From positions 1 through 64,000 of IMG/VR virus record IMGVR_UViG_3300021138_001972: DNA of 64,000 nt, one strand, 5' to 3'. Position numbers and translations under genes: made by a program. Position 1 is the stretch's first letter, and every line of letters begins with the position of its first letter. A model generated the notes under the pieces. The model searched no databases, had not been told where the DNA came from, and worked only from the letters and a program-made list of their open reading frames with translations. The DNA comes from a virus. Shown here piece by piece: positions 1 through 9,755 of the stretch.

Positions 1-2427
1 GGCTTCATCTCTGGTGCGGCCCTGCTTGATCAGCGTCTTGATCATGCCGTCAATGATGGTCTTGGCCTTGCGCTTCTTGGCCTCTGCGATTGGTTCTGCG
101 ACCTTGGTGCCAAAGCTGTGTATGATCTGCGGCTTATCGCCTTCACCAGGCCTGAACATCATGTGAGGCGTGAGACCCTGCGCAGTCATGTCATCGCGCC
201 ACTGGAAGATATCTACGTAAACGTTTCTAGCGTTCAGTGCTGTCTGGCCCCAGATCCTGTAGGTCTTGCGCAGCGCATCCAGCATGCCTTCCACTGAGAA
301 CGTGCCAGTTCTGGCATTGGTCTGGAACCTCACGAAGCCTGCTAGGAAAGCTTCTGCGATCCTCATGCCATGTTCGCGGCGCAGATGAGCTTCGTGTCCC
401 TGGTCCTCAACATATTCAACCTTGCGATTGGGTGTTATCCATCCACCGTACTCGTTCATATCCAACCAGGCTTCGTCTAGGCTTTCTGTGGTCTTTTGTG
501 TGTAGCTGGGTTGTGTCTTGGCGCCGGTGGCTTTGACTGCTGCTAACAACAGCTTGTTGCCTGCTGCCTCAGCATTGTCCAGCGCTTCTTGCCTGCTTTG
601 CGCCTTGATACCAGCATCCTTGAACAACCGAGGATCGCGCACATCTGACGTAGGATTTGCCAAAGGCTTGCCGTCCACATGGTATTCTGGCTCTTGATAG
701 TGTTGCAGCATCCATTGGTTCACAGCTGCTCTGTCACGCAGGAACTGCAGCTTGGGGTGGTTTGGTATGGCACTCTTCAGCAGCTTGTAAAACGCTGCTT
801 GGCGTTCAGGATGCGCATCCATGTGCTGCACCAACAGCCAAGCTGCGAAAGGAGCAGCTGGGTAATCACCGTTGCCTTTGTCGCCAAGATCGGAGAATAT
901 CTGTGCCTTGTTGGCATCGATGAAACGCCACACACCCTCTTGCCATGGTGCTCGCTGTGTGGCATCAGCATAGGCCTGATCCTCGCTCATCAGCTTGTTC
1001 AACCTGTCTCTGAGTGCTGCGGTGGTCATGCCGGCGGCTTCTTCTAACCCAGCTTGCTTTAGTTGATCATAGTAGTAGAGGTTCTCGCCCAGATGGTCCA
1101 GCGCTATCTCGCGAGCCACAGCACGGTCGGTGGTGTGCTCCAGCTCGACCTTGATGCCTTTTTTCAGCTGGCGCTTGATCTCTGCCACACCCACGGTGTA
1201 CTGCTTGGCCAACACTGCTTCTGTGGGTGTGTGGCTGCCTGGCAACACACTCTCATGCAGGATCCAAGTGTCTGGTATCTCACCATATTGGTCAACCCAG
1301 AGATCATGCATCTTCTGACCGCTTATACCGTGGGCTTTAGCAATGCTGGTCATGAGCCCATTGATGATGTCGTACACAGTATCCTTGTCACCGGCCTTGC
1401 TCTTGATCAAGCGCTTGCGTGCCAGCAGTGCTGCTTTTAGCTCTGGCACTGCTTGTGCATCCTGGCTGTGATCCATGTTTTCAAATGTCTTCTTGTTCTG
1501 CACGGCGCGATACTGTGCCATGCGGGCCATCTTCTCGCGCTGCTCTGGTGTCTTGCCTGCGAACTTGGGATGTGTGCTGGCCTTGAACACTGCTACCCAC
1601 TTTTCCACGGGATCCTTATGGGTCAAACCTTCTTGTAAGTCATCGCGCATCTTGCGAAATTCAGGAGACCTAGCTTTCTTGAACAGCGTCCTGTTGGTGG
1701 TTTTCAAGACATATTTTATGGATCCGTCTGGACGCTCTTGCTTGAGCACGCCTATGGCAAATTCGCTGGGTTCTGGTTCTCTTATGGTAGCCACACTGTC
1801 AACATCCATGTTTTCCAGTTCCTGCTTGTGATCACGAAGCAGAACAACGATCATCTTTCCTACTTCATTGGCATCCATCTCATACTGCCATATTCTTTCT
1901 CTGAGATGCTTGCTGGCCCACACTTCTCCATCCAATGGCATGTTTTTTAGTTTCACAGGAGGTAGATAGAGATTGGGCGGTAGTGGTTTAGGATTCCTGA
2001 GTATTTCATCTAGCTGCTCAGATTGGGGTTTCCATATCAGCGCAGGTAAACCATGTGTAAAGCCCAGCTTCTTGTAGATAGCAGATAGCGTGCGCGGTGG
2101 TATCTTGCCCTGTCCCCATGGTGTCAGCGTCAGCTTCACTCCAGCAGCTTGTGCAAGTTCTTGTAGCTTTAATATGGTTTTGCGACCTATGCCTTCTCTT
2201 TGTGGATAGGCACTGATCCATGCTATCTCTGCCATATCAGGATCTCGGAGATCAGGCTTGAGCTCAACCAATGCCAATTGCTCTGGTCCATATAGGAACG
2301 CTATCTGGTCAGCATTCAATGGATTCTTTGGTAAAGCAGCGTAGACATCATCCACGAACTTCTTTGCTCGGCCATCAGGGCGCTTGCCCAGTTTTATTGC
2401 TTCTGTGGTTACATCATCTATGCGCAT
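1..2427 (-). CDS. Large mosaic putative internal head (poly)protein, 3' end beyond window edge; N-terminal GNAT-like, DUF5661-like and DUF6624-like modules
   Basis: Absent from the ORF track because it has no stop in the window. Hand translation from ATG 2427 is open for 809 codons. Starts MRIDDVTTEA. Motifs: QREGIGR...YKKLGF (GNAT), QLKKGIKVELEHT...EIALDHLGE (DUF5661-like), AAWLLVQHMD (DUF6624-like). TAAATA lies 5 nt upstream. Confidence 0.85.
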   Translation of the reverse strand, partial: MRIDDVTTEAIKLGKRPDGRAKKFVDDVYAALPKNPLNADQIAFLYGPEQLALVELKPDLRDPDMAEIAWISAYPQREGIGRKTILKLQELAQAAGVKLTLTPWGQGKIPPRTLSAIYKKLGFTHGLPALIWKPQSEQLDEILRNPKPLPPNLYLPPVKLKNMPLDGEVWASKHLRERIWQYEMDANEVGKMIVVLLRDHKQELENMDVDSVATIREPEPSEFAIGVLKQERPDGSIKYVLKTTNRTLFKKARSPEFRKMRDDLQEGLTHKDPVEKWVAVFKASTHPKFAGKTPEQREKMARMAQYRAVQNKKTFENMDHSQDAQAVPELKAALLARKRLIKSKAGDKDTVYDIINGLMTSIAKAHGISGQKMHDLWVDQYGEIPDTWILHESVLPGSHTPTEAVLAKQYTVGVAEIKRQLKKGIKVELEHTTDRAVAREIALDHLGENLYYYDQLKQAGLEEAAGMTTAALRDRLNKLMSEDQAYADATQRAPWQEGVWRFIDANKAQIFSDLGDKGNGDYPAAPFAAWLLVQHMDAHPERQAAFYKLLKSAIPNHPKLQFLRDRAAVNQWMLQHYQEPEYHVDGKPLANPTSDVRDPRLFKDAGIKAQSRQEALDNAEAAGNKLLLAAVKATGAKTQPSYTQKTTESLDEAWLDMNEYGGWITPNRKVEYVEDQGHEAHLRREHGMRIAEAFLAGFVRFQTNARTGTFSVEGMLDALRKTYRIWGQTALNARNVYVDIFQWRDDMTAQGLTPHMMFRPGEGDKPQIIHSFGTKVAEPIAEAKKRKAKTIIDGMIKTLIKQGRTRDEA

Positions 2428-2435
2428 GGTGATAT

Positions 2436-3098
2436 TTATTGATAGTATGGTATGTGTTCTAACCTAAAGCCGTTAGAACCAGTACCGGTGAGCTGATGAT
2501 ATATCACGTCAGCTACATGCATGTTCATGCTGACGTTCATGTGGTTTATGTCCTGATCGTCGTAGTGTAAATCAAACTTATTGCAACGACGCAACCACGA
2601 CATCAGAGGTTCGTTGAGACAGGGTCCACTCTTTAATTCAATATCAACTGTTTCAAAATTATACATATGCACCGTGCGGATGCCGCGAGTGCACAGCAGT
2701 TCATCCATGTCCTTTATAATCAAGCGGTGGGATATAACATGAAATTCAGAATCACAGATGTGCGCATAGTATCCCAGTGCAGCCGTCCATACTTCTGGAT
2801 CGTCATAGTCTTTTGATCTGGAAATGGCTTCTTTTCTATTGGATGTATAATATTCTGCATTAACCAAATTTATAGGCCAGTACAGGCGATTAGGCAATCT
2901 AAATGCATCTGTGTGGCAACAGCAGACGTAGTCAACGCTGTTTATGGTAGCCTGCAGTAGCCGCCATGCATCCAAGATGCACCCACCTGCTTTTCCGAGG
3001 CAGGCTATCTCTGCACCTAACCTCTGCGCTACTATGGTTGTCCAACTATCTGGTCCATAGTTGGCGCAAAAACTGTCGCCGATAAATGCTATTTTCAT
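2436..3098 (-). CDS. SGNH/GDSL-hydrolase-like protein (paralog A)
   Basis: IAFIGDSF nucleophile block, GxxG block, C-terminal DINH. Confidence 0.65.
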   Translation of the reverse strand: MKIAFIGDSFCANYGPDSWTTIVAQRLGAEIACLGKAGGCILDAWRLLQATINSVDYVCCCHTDAFRLPNRLYWPINLVNAEYYTSNRKEAISRSKDYDDPEVWTAALGYYAHICDSEFHVISHRLIIKDMDELLCTRGIRTVHMYNFETVDIELKSGPCLNEPLMSWLRRCNKFDLHYDDQDINHMNVSMNMHVADVIYHQLTGTGSNGFRLEHIPYYQ

Positions 3099-3104
3099 GA
3101 TTTT

Positions 3105-3764
3105 TTAGCCAATATATGGTATCACGTCTAACGAAAAACTGCCACAGTGTTGCTGCATGATCTGTTCGTACACTTTTTCTGCCACATGCTGATTCATGCC
3201 ATAGCTCATGTGATTGTAATCATTGTCCATGTCTAGGTTTTGTTTACCGCAGCTGATTAACCAGCTGTTCAAACTGATGTTAAGAGTACTCGAATTAGAA
3301 AACTGCAGGAATGGTTCATCGAAACAAAACATGTGCACAGAATATTTGCTGCGTTCAGCAGCTATCTGTCCCATGTCTTGTATGATCAATCGCTGTGTGA
3401 GAGCATGGTAACCGTCGGCATATATGTGCTGATAGTAGAGATCAGCTGCCTGCCAGACTCGAACGTCAGTGAAAGTCCTGAGGCTATGGCTGGGTTTGGT
3501 ATTGCCTTCCCTGAAATATGTAACTGAGGCTGCATTGATAGGCCAATCATGCTGGTTTGGTAGCCTGTGCCGGTCAGTGTGACAGAAGCACACAACGTCT
3601 GCAGCATCTATATTTTTGATCAGCTGCTTGTGTGCATCCCAGATGTTGCTGCCTGATCGGCCCAAGCTGATGATCTCAGCATCCAAACGGTTACACAATA
3701 TTGATGTCCAACTCTCTGGTTCATCATAGGCACAAAAACTATCGCCTATAAATGCTACCTTCAT
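3105..3764 (-). CDS. SGNH/GDSL-hydrolase-like protein (paralog B)
   Basis: VAFIGDSF, GRSGS, DYNH; colinear with 2436-3098; AGGAG SD. Confidence 0.65.
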   Translation of the reverse strand: MKVAFIGDSFCAYDEPESWTSILCNRLDAEIISLGRSGSNIWDAHKQLIKNIDAADVVCFCHTDRHRLPNQHDWPINAASVTYFREGNTKPSHSLRTFTDVRVWQAADLYYQHIYADGYHALTQRLIIQDMGQIAAERSKYSVHMFCFDEPFLQFSNSSTLNISLNSWLISCGKQNLDMDNDYNHMSYGMNQHVAEKVYEQIMQQHCGSFSLDVIPYIG

Positions 3765-3829
3765 GGTCGATCTCCTTAATAACGGTATTTAATGATACTA
3801 TCATGGTTGTTGATCAGGCAAATTTACCA

Positions 3830-3837
3830 TATAAATA
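3830..3837 (+). promoter_or_regulatory. T4-type late promoter TATAAATA upstream of ODC
   Basis: Exact T4 late consensus in the intergenic region. Confidence 0.7.
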
Positions 3838-3892
3838 GATCCTCGGAGCGCAAGGGTCACAACCCCCATGCACGGTAGCACAGGGGTTGAAC

Positions 3893-5020
3893 ATGAACAA
3901 GCTAGAATCTCACATCCGCGCTCACACCTTTGACGTGCCCACGCTGGTCATAGACATCGACAAGGTAGAGAGCAATTATGTACAGCTCAAATCGGGCATG
4001 CCCACAGCCCACATACACTATGCTGTGAAAGCCAATCCTCATCCTGCCATACTGGCTCGCTTGGTCCAGCTTGGCTGCAGGTTTGATGCTGCCAGTACAC
4101 AAGAGATTGAAATGTGCTTTGCTGCCGGAGCTAAACACACAGACATCAGCTATGGCAACACCATCAAGCGAGCTCAGGACATAGCCTGGGCGCATGCGCA
4201 GGGTATCACGCTGTTCAGCGCCGATAGTGAGGAAGAGCTACACAAGCTGAGCCAGCATGCTCCAGGCTGTGCTGTGTTCATACGCTTGTTGGTCAGCAGC
4301 GCAGAAGCTGAATGGCCATTATCACGCAAGTTTGGCTGCAGCACCAGTTATGCCATCCCACTGTTGGATCACGCACGCGATCTTGGACTGGACCCAGTGG
4401 GTATCAGCTTCCACGTGGGCAGCCAGACCAAACATCCCTACATGTGGTATGACTGCTTGGATACTGTAGCGGCCATATGGCATGATGCCCGTGCTGAAGG
4501 TCACAAGCTGTGGTTGTTGAACATTGGTGGTGGTTTCCCAGCCTACTACGGCGTGGACATCACAGATAACAAAACCTATGGTGCGACCCTAATGGACCAA
4601 GTAGCGCAGAGGTTTGAAGGTGCAGAATACATCATGGCTGAGCCAGGCAGAGGCATGACTGGATCAGCTGGGGCCATCGCTGCTGAATGCGTGTTGGTAT
4701 CGCGCAAGACGCCTGGTGATCCTGTGCGTTGGGTATACCTCAACGTGGGCAGATTCAGCGGTCTAGCAGAAGCAGAAGGCGAGAGCATCAAGTATCAGTT
4801 CACGGTGCTGGACAAGGAATCTGAGGCAACGTCTCCCTGCATAGTGGCAGGACCAACCTGTGACAGCGCCGATGTGCTGTATGAGCGCAACAAGGTAGAG
4901 TTCCCTGTGAGCCTGACCTCAGGTGACAGGGTGATAATACATACCTGTGGTGCCTATACCAGCACCTACAGCACCATTGCCTTCAACGGGTTCCCGCCCC
5001 TACAGGTCGTAGCTATCTAA
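3893..5020 (+). CDS. Ornithine/lysine decarboxylase, PLP-dependent fold type III
   Basis: HYAVKAN (PLP lysine), SFHVGSQ, NIGGGF, EPGR, GPTCDSAD, GAYT; AEWPLSRKFG typical of alphaproteobacterial ODC; ATG 3893 follows AGGGG. Confidence 0.93.
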   Translation: MNKLESHIRAHTFDVPTLVIDIDKVESNYVQLKSGMPTAHIHYAVKANPHPAILARLVQLGCRFDAASTQEIEMCFAAGAKHTDISYGNTIKRAQDIAWAHAQGITLFSADSEEELHKLSQHAPGCAVFIRLLVSSAEAEWPLSRKFGCSTSYAIPLLDHARDLGLDPVGISFHVGSQTKHPYMWYDCLDTVAAIWHDARAEGHKLWLLNIGGGFPAYYGVDITDNKTYGATLMDQVAQRFEGAEYIMAEPGRGMTGSAGAIAAECVLVSRKTPGDPVRWVYLNVGRFSGLAEAEGESIKYQFTVLDKESEATSPCIVAGPTCDSADVLYERNKVEFPVSLTSGDRVIIHTCGAYTSTYSTIAFNGFPPLQVVAI

Positions 5021-5836
5021 GAGGTCCTTAGCCAACAGCTGGTGCACTTCTCTGCGCCAGTGTAGATCTGGGCAGTAGGGTTTGTCTACATCATGTGCCA
5101 GATCCCCCATGCTGCGTGGATGCCATAACTGTCCACAGACTTGCTTGTACATATCGGCTATGGCTGAACTGCCCACATCACTGCGCAGCCTGTTCAAGAT
5201 CCTGTGCTGTTCCAGCACTGCATTCATGTCAGGCATGCCGGCATTGATCAATATCACTCGCACTTTGAGATTTTTCAATGTCGAACACAGGCCCATCACG
5301 CTGATCATCCATCGCGTGAGCAGGCTTTCGTCGTCTTCATTGTTCACGAACCATTCGTGCACTCTAGGATCCATGCTATTGTCATTGCCCAGCTGGAAGC
5401 TGTCCCAGACGCGGTTTTCGATATCGTAGCGCTGCAGCCGCACATGTGTGGGAGGCTGTATCATCACCGTGACGTCAGCAGGTGCATAGGTCTTGAGCAG
5501 ATTGAACACATCTGTGCAGGTCTGGCGTGCTACCCATTCCATGCTCTGACCTATGACTGCACTGTTCTTTACCATCGCAGTGCCCAGAGAGTACAGTTCT
5601 TCAGGCCAGGCATTGAGCCTTTCCAGATGCTGCCATTCCTTGTAGCCTACTGGATCACCTGCACGCAGCTTGCGTTCTCTAAATTCTCGCCACCGTCGCA
5701 TGACCTTGGGATCTCTGAGATCTGTTTCATCCAAGCCCCAGAATCCAGGATGTTGGTCAGACCATAGTGCGTGATCGACCAGCTCTCCGCCGGCTGTGTG
5801 GCTGTCTCCGCAGGTATAGATGATTTTCATGCCCAC
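5000..5836 (-). CDS. SGNH-like hypothetical protein
   Basis: CGDSHTAG N-terminal block and C-terminal DLHW; ends in TAG. Confidence 0.55.
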   Translation of the reverse strand: MGMKIIYTCGDSHTAGGELVDHALWSDQHPGFWGLDETDLRDPKVMRRWREFRERKLRAGDPVGYKEWQHLERLNAWPEELYSLGTAMVKNSAVIGQSMEWVARQTCTDVFNLLKTYAPADVTVMIQPPTHVRLQRYDIENRVWDSFQLGNDNSMDPRVHEWFVNNEDDESLLTRWMISVMGLCSTLKNLKVRVILINAGMPDMNAVLEQHRILNRLRSDVGSSAIADMYKQVCGQLWHPRSMGDLAHDVDKPYCPDLHWRREVHQLLAKDLLDSYDL

Positions 5837-5837
5837 A

Positions 5838-6047
5838 TCAACAATATCTAACCCAAAGATAAAAGAATACCAAGAAATAGTACACTATACATGACATTAT
5901 CCAGTACCCAAATAATGCGCCAGCTGAGACGGGGCTAAAGAAACCCACGACTAAGCAAATCATTAGCACAAACAAGTGTATGTTCACTATGCGGCTCATG
6001 CCTATAGGAGCAGCCAAAAACGCTAGGATTATGATTCCCCAAACCAT
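5838..6047 (-). CDS. Small membrane protein
   Basis: 69 aa almost entirely hydrophobic; GGAGGT SD and a sigma70-like promoter upstream. Confidence 0.7.
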   Translation of the reverse strand: MVWGIIILAFLAAPIGMSRIVNIHLFVLMICLVVGFFSPVSAGALFGYWIMSCIVYYFLVFFYLWVRYC

Positions 6048-6067
6048 GTGATTACCTCCATTACGCT

Positions 6068-6096
6068 AACATAGCACAGGAAGTTTAGTCTGTCAC
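6068..6096 (-). promoter_or_regulatory. Sigma70-type promoter GTGACA-17-TATGTT (TGCTATGTT)
   Basis: Matches the motif shared by several upstream regions in this window. Confidence 0.55.
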
Positions 6097-7398
6097 TGGT
6101 TTTAATGCAAACAGCTCTGGATTTTCTTCGTCAAAACGGCGCATGATCTGCCCAGCCAATGCGTTGGCTTCGTTCTCTATGGGGCTGCCGGTCTTGCCAC
6201 TATCTGGGCCGATCTTGTGCTCAACGTCCTGCTTGTAGTGCACCAGCTCGTGTGCCAGCGTGCGCATGATGTCTATGGGATGGCGATTGCGCATGATGAT
6301 CTTGATAGCCTTGTCATCATTGGTGAAGCGACCAAAGCTGGGGCTGTCTGGAGCTATCTTGTCATCCCAGCTCCAGTTGATCTTGGGCAGCTTGTCCAGC
6401 CCAATCTCTTCCTTGGCGATGACCAGGAACTTGCGCATGGCATCCAGCAGCTGCTCTTGGCTGATGCCCTGGTCTTCTGTGACAGTGATTGATTCACTGA
6501 GATTGTTCTGAGGATCTATGCTCTTGCCTATGGTGTCTAGCTCTGGCCAATCAACTCCATTCTTGCGCAGCAACAGATATCGCAGGGATGCATTTTCCAT
6601 GCGATCCAGTTTGATAGCTGTGAGCAGTCCTTTGATCTGTGCGTCTTTGCTCAGTCTATTGCTCTTTTTGCGCGGATCTTGGTTGTACAGTATCAACGGG
6701 TCGGATTGATCCACGGGATTGCGTTCTGCACTAAGCGCACGCAACGAACCCCACCATGCGCGATTGGCTTGGCCATCTTCCAAATACTGGTTCAACGATT
6801 CAAGAGCTGTGTCGATGTCATCTTCACTGAAATGATCATAGAACGCCTGTATCTCATCTGAGTCAAAGTCGTGATCGTTGAGCACATCGCTCAGCAACCC
6901 CCAATAGCCGTTGGCTGCTTCGGCCAGCGTGTCTTGTGGACCGCCCGGTTGGTGATAGGTCTTGGCAAAGATGTCTGCTTTCACAGCACCGTAATCATTG
7001 GGCCCGTGGCGCACGATGTAATCAGCACCGGTTGTATAAGCTAGATCGCCCCAGCTGGTGTGCAGCACGCCGTCGTGGTCCGCTACCTTGGCCAGCTTTT
7101 CTACACGCTTGGGAGTGGCGGTGCCATTGCCGTTGTCATCATACAGCGACTTGAACTTCTCGGGAGTGATTGGATAGCGTTCGCCCTTGGGACCGGTCAT
7201 GATGTAGTGACCAGCTGCATGCTTCATTGGACCTTCCAGCGTGTCCACAGTGCCTGCTGCGTCTGCTATTTCATACTTCACAGGCATGGGATTCTTCCAA
7301 GTCTTGAAAGCGCCACTCTTGAACCAATCGTCATTGATCCTAGTAGTTTCTTCTACCAAACCACGCAGTCTTGCCATGAATTCTGGTTCGTGGGTCAT
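6085..7398 (-). CDS. Mosaic protein: PGDYG-like domain, WPEL module and C-terminal HExxH zinc metallopeptidase-like domain
   Basis: GPKGERYP and GPNDYG repeats; VDWPELDTIGKS; RTLAHELVHYKQ...ENEANA; ATG 7398 overlaps the upstream TGA (ATGA). Confidence 0.7.
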   Translation of the reverse strand: MTHEPEFMARLRGLVEETTRINDDWFKSGAFKTWKNPMPVKYEIADAAGTVDTLEGPMKHAAGHYIMTGPKGERYPITPEKFKSLYDDNGNGTATPKRVEKLAKVADHDGVLHTSWGDLAYTTGADYIVRHGPNDYGAVKADIFAKTYHQPGGPQDTLAEAANGYWGLLSDVLNDHDFDSDEIQAFYDHFSEDDIDTALESLNQYLEDGQANRAWWGSLRALSAERNPVDQSDPLILYNQDPRKKSNRLSKDAQIKGLLTAIKLDRMENASLRYLLLRKNGVDWPELDTIGKSIDPQNNLSESITVTEDQGISQEQLLDAMRKFLVIAKEEIGLDKLPKINWSWDDKIAPDSPSFGRFTNDDKAIKIIMRNRHPIDIMRTLAHELVHYKQDVEHKIGPDSGKTGSPIENEANALAGQIMRRFDEENPELFALKPVTD

Positions 7399-9755
7399 CG
7401 TCGCGCTGCCCAAATATTATCAACAAGATTTGGATATTTGCGTCCAGCACGCTTGGCACGTGCCTTGGCAACCGCCTTGTCTTTGTCACTGAGATGCTTG
7501 TGTTTTTTCACGGGATTTGGCTTGTCCCAGACATTAACCTCTTCTACGCTAGCCTTTGATGGCTGCAGCGAGAACTTTGGTTTCTTGGCCAACTGTCTGC
7601 CCAGTTTAAGTAGATCAGTTGCCGCAGCACGGGCATTCATGTATTCATTGGTATTACCCTGTTCAGCATGTATCTGGTTAGCTGTACGCACCGCATTGTT
7701 ATAATCCTGCGCTAGCTTGCGTTTTTGTTGCAGCAATTCAATATCTGGAATAACCTCTGGTCGGGAGTCGTTGCGTGGTGCGATGGTGAATTGATTATAA
7801 TTTACTTGCACTATCTTTACATTTGGATCACGCTGAACAAATGGTATCATCTGCAAGAGATTATCACTGACGAACGGGCGTGTGCGACCTGCATATGCAC
7901 TGTTGTAACCATAGAGAGGTCCAATGCGATGCCCGTGAAGCACAGCCAAACCGCCTCTGATTCTTTTAAGGGCTTTTTGCAGCAGTTGGTATGCATATTT
8001 GACATCTATGCCAAGGTCCTTGGCAATATCTGCTAGTTTGTTACCGTCAGCCCAGCGCATGATCAATTCACGTTGCCTAGGAGGTAATAAATTCTGCTGT
8101 TGCCTTACCAACTTGAGCAGCTCTGCGCGATCGCGATCTTCTTCTGGATCAACCGCGATGTCCTGTGCTGTCAGACCCTCGTTCATGTCATCCAGGTGCA
8201 CTGGATCGTCATCATAGGTGAACTGATCGCCAGTCTTGCCAGGACCGTTGGTGTCGCCTTCTGGATCCAGCGGATTCTCCAGATACGTGGGTTGATCCTC
8301 GTCGATCTTGGCACCCAGCTTGTCGTCAAACATACCGCGTATATCGCGATTGGGTTTGCCGTATAGATTGGTAATGATCTGGTCTCGTGTGCTAGGGTCG
8401 GCTGATCTATAAGCCTTGCGTATCTCAGTAGCACTAGTCGCAGGTTCCCCCAGCACTTCAAACTCTTCTGTGGGGGCAGCTATGATGTAGCCATGCTGAT
8501 CCAGAGTCTTTGCTTGATCCATGCCAGGCCACTTCTGAAGATAGCTTAGGCTACCATCTTTTTTGCGGCCCATGCCGTCGCTGTCAAACTTGAAGCGAGG
8601 ATCAGTGTCCATGTCCTTCTCGCCTACAGCAAACAATAACACCGTGTTGTTGGGTACAAACCTGTCGGTAATCTCAGTGGCACTGTAGGGATTCTTGACC
8701 AACTGTATCTTGTCTGCCGGAATGCCTGCTGCTCTGGCCATCCTCAGCTTATCTTCGAAATCAAAAGGGCTCTTGTCTGGATCAGTCTTGTTGCTGGTAG
8801 CTATGTAGACATTTGGACCGAATTCCTTGACAAGCTTGTCATACACAGCCTTGTGACCTCGGTGCAGAGGTTGGAAGCGTCCAGGATATACCACCACTAT
8901 CTGTGGCAATCCGCGGGTGGGTGTCTGCTGATAGGATTTAGCCTTGTCATCTGCTGGTGATAGATTGTCCATGTTAGGACTCTTGGGCTGCACTATCTTG
9001 CCCTGCAGAGGATCATCGTTACCAGCTGCCTCCAGCATCTTGAACTTCATCACTGGGCTGATAGTGTTGACCCAGTCTGGTTCCTGGCTGGGACTGTCAT
9101 TGATCTCGTCTATGGCGAAACCAGCTTCGGCTGCTGCCATCTTGATGGTCTCGATGTCTTGGGGCGTGTAACCTACCACGGCCAAGCTGTTTGACCAAGG
9201 CTGCAGCGCACGATAGGGCACATCACCGTTCTTGATAGCACGTATGCTGGCCATCAGCGTCATGAATCGATACTGCGGATAGTTGTTGCCGCTGTTGAGT
9301 TCTGGTACCACGATCACGGGTGGCAGCGTGGCTTCTATGTTGGGGCTCAGCTTCCTGCTGCCAAATGCTTCCAACAAGCGCCGGCTTTCCAGCATGGGCA
9401 GATGTGCCACTGGACTGACAGTGTTAACCCAGTCTGGTTCGCGACCTTCTGCGTCGTGTATCATATCCACGGTAAAGCCGCTCTGCTTGGCAGCCAGCTT
9501 GACCATCTCTAGCTCTTGAGGAGTGTAGGGAGTGAAGCTGTTCTTGTTGTTCCAAGGCAGCTGTTTGGCATAGGGGTGTTCACCTGCCTCCACGCTGAGA
9601 GCTGCTGCCACTGAGGTCATGAATCTGTAGTTGCCGTAGTAGTTGCTGAAATCCAGTTCAGGTATCACAGCTATGGGAGGCAAGGTATCCCTGGTGCTCC
9701 GGCGCAGCTGACCAATAGGGAAATCCTTGCTCTCGAATAGATCAGCGAGCTTCAT
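7395..9755 (-). CDS. Mosaic protein: two copies of a ~115-aa repeat, cytidylyltransferase-like (HxGH) domain, sigma70 region-4-like HTH and basic C-terminal module
   Basis: MKLADLFE leader; YPGRFQPLHRGH; LPPRQRELI...LADIAKDLGI...QKALKRIR. Confidence 0.75.
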   Translation of the reverse strand: MKLADLFESKDFPIGQLRRSTRDTLPPIAVIPELDFSNYYGNYRFMTSVAAALSVEAGEHPYAKQLPWNNKNSFTPYTPQELEMVKLAAKQSGFTVDMIHDAEGREPDWVNTVSPVAHLPMLESRRLLEAFGSRKLSPNIEATLPPVIVVPELNSGNNYPQYRFMTLMASIRAIKNGDVPYRALQPWSNSLAVVGYTPQDIETIKMAAAEAGFAIDEINDSPSQEPDWVNTISPVMKFKMLEAAGNDDPLQGKIVQPKSPNMDNLSPADDKAKSYQQTPTRGLPQIVVVYPGRFQPLHRGHKAVYDKLVKEFGPNVYIATSNKTDPDKSPFDFEDKLRMARAAGIPADKIQLVKNPYSATEITDRFVPNNTVLLFAVGEKDMDTDPRFKFDSDGMGRKKDGSLSYLQKWPGMDQAKTLDQHGYIIAAPTEEFEVLGEPATSATEIRKAYRSADPSTRDQIITNLYGKPNRDIRGMFDDKLGAKIDEDQPTYLENPLDPEGDTNGPGKTGDQFTYDDDPVHLDDMNEGLTAQDIAVDPEEDRDRAELLKLVRQQQNLLPPRQRELIMRWADGNKLADIAKDLGIDVKYAYQLLQKALKRIRGGLAVLHGHRIGPLYGYNSAYAGRTRPFVSDNLLQMIPFVQRDPNVKIVQVNYNQFTIAPRNDSRPEVIPDIELLQQKRKLAQDYNNAVRTANQIHAEQGNTNEYMNARAAATDLLKLGRQLAKKPKFSLQPSKASVEEVNVWDKPNPVKKHKHLSDKDKAVAKARAKRAGRKYPNLVDNIWAARR

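Noticed and set aside
237-1950. Plus-strand ORFs listed in the track
   Set aside because: They are antisense shadows of the continuous minus-strand gene 1-2427.
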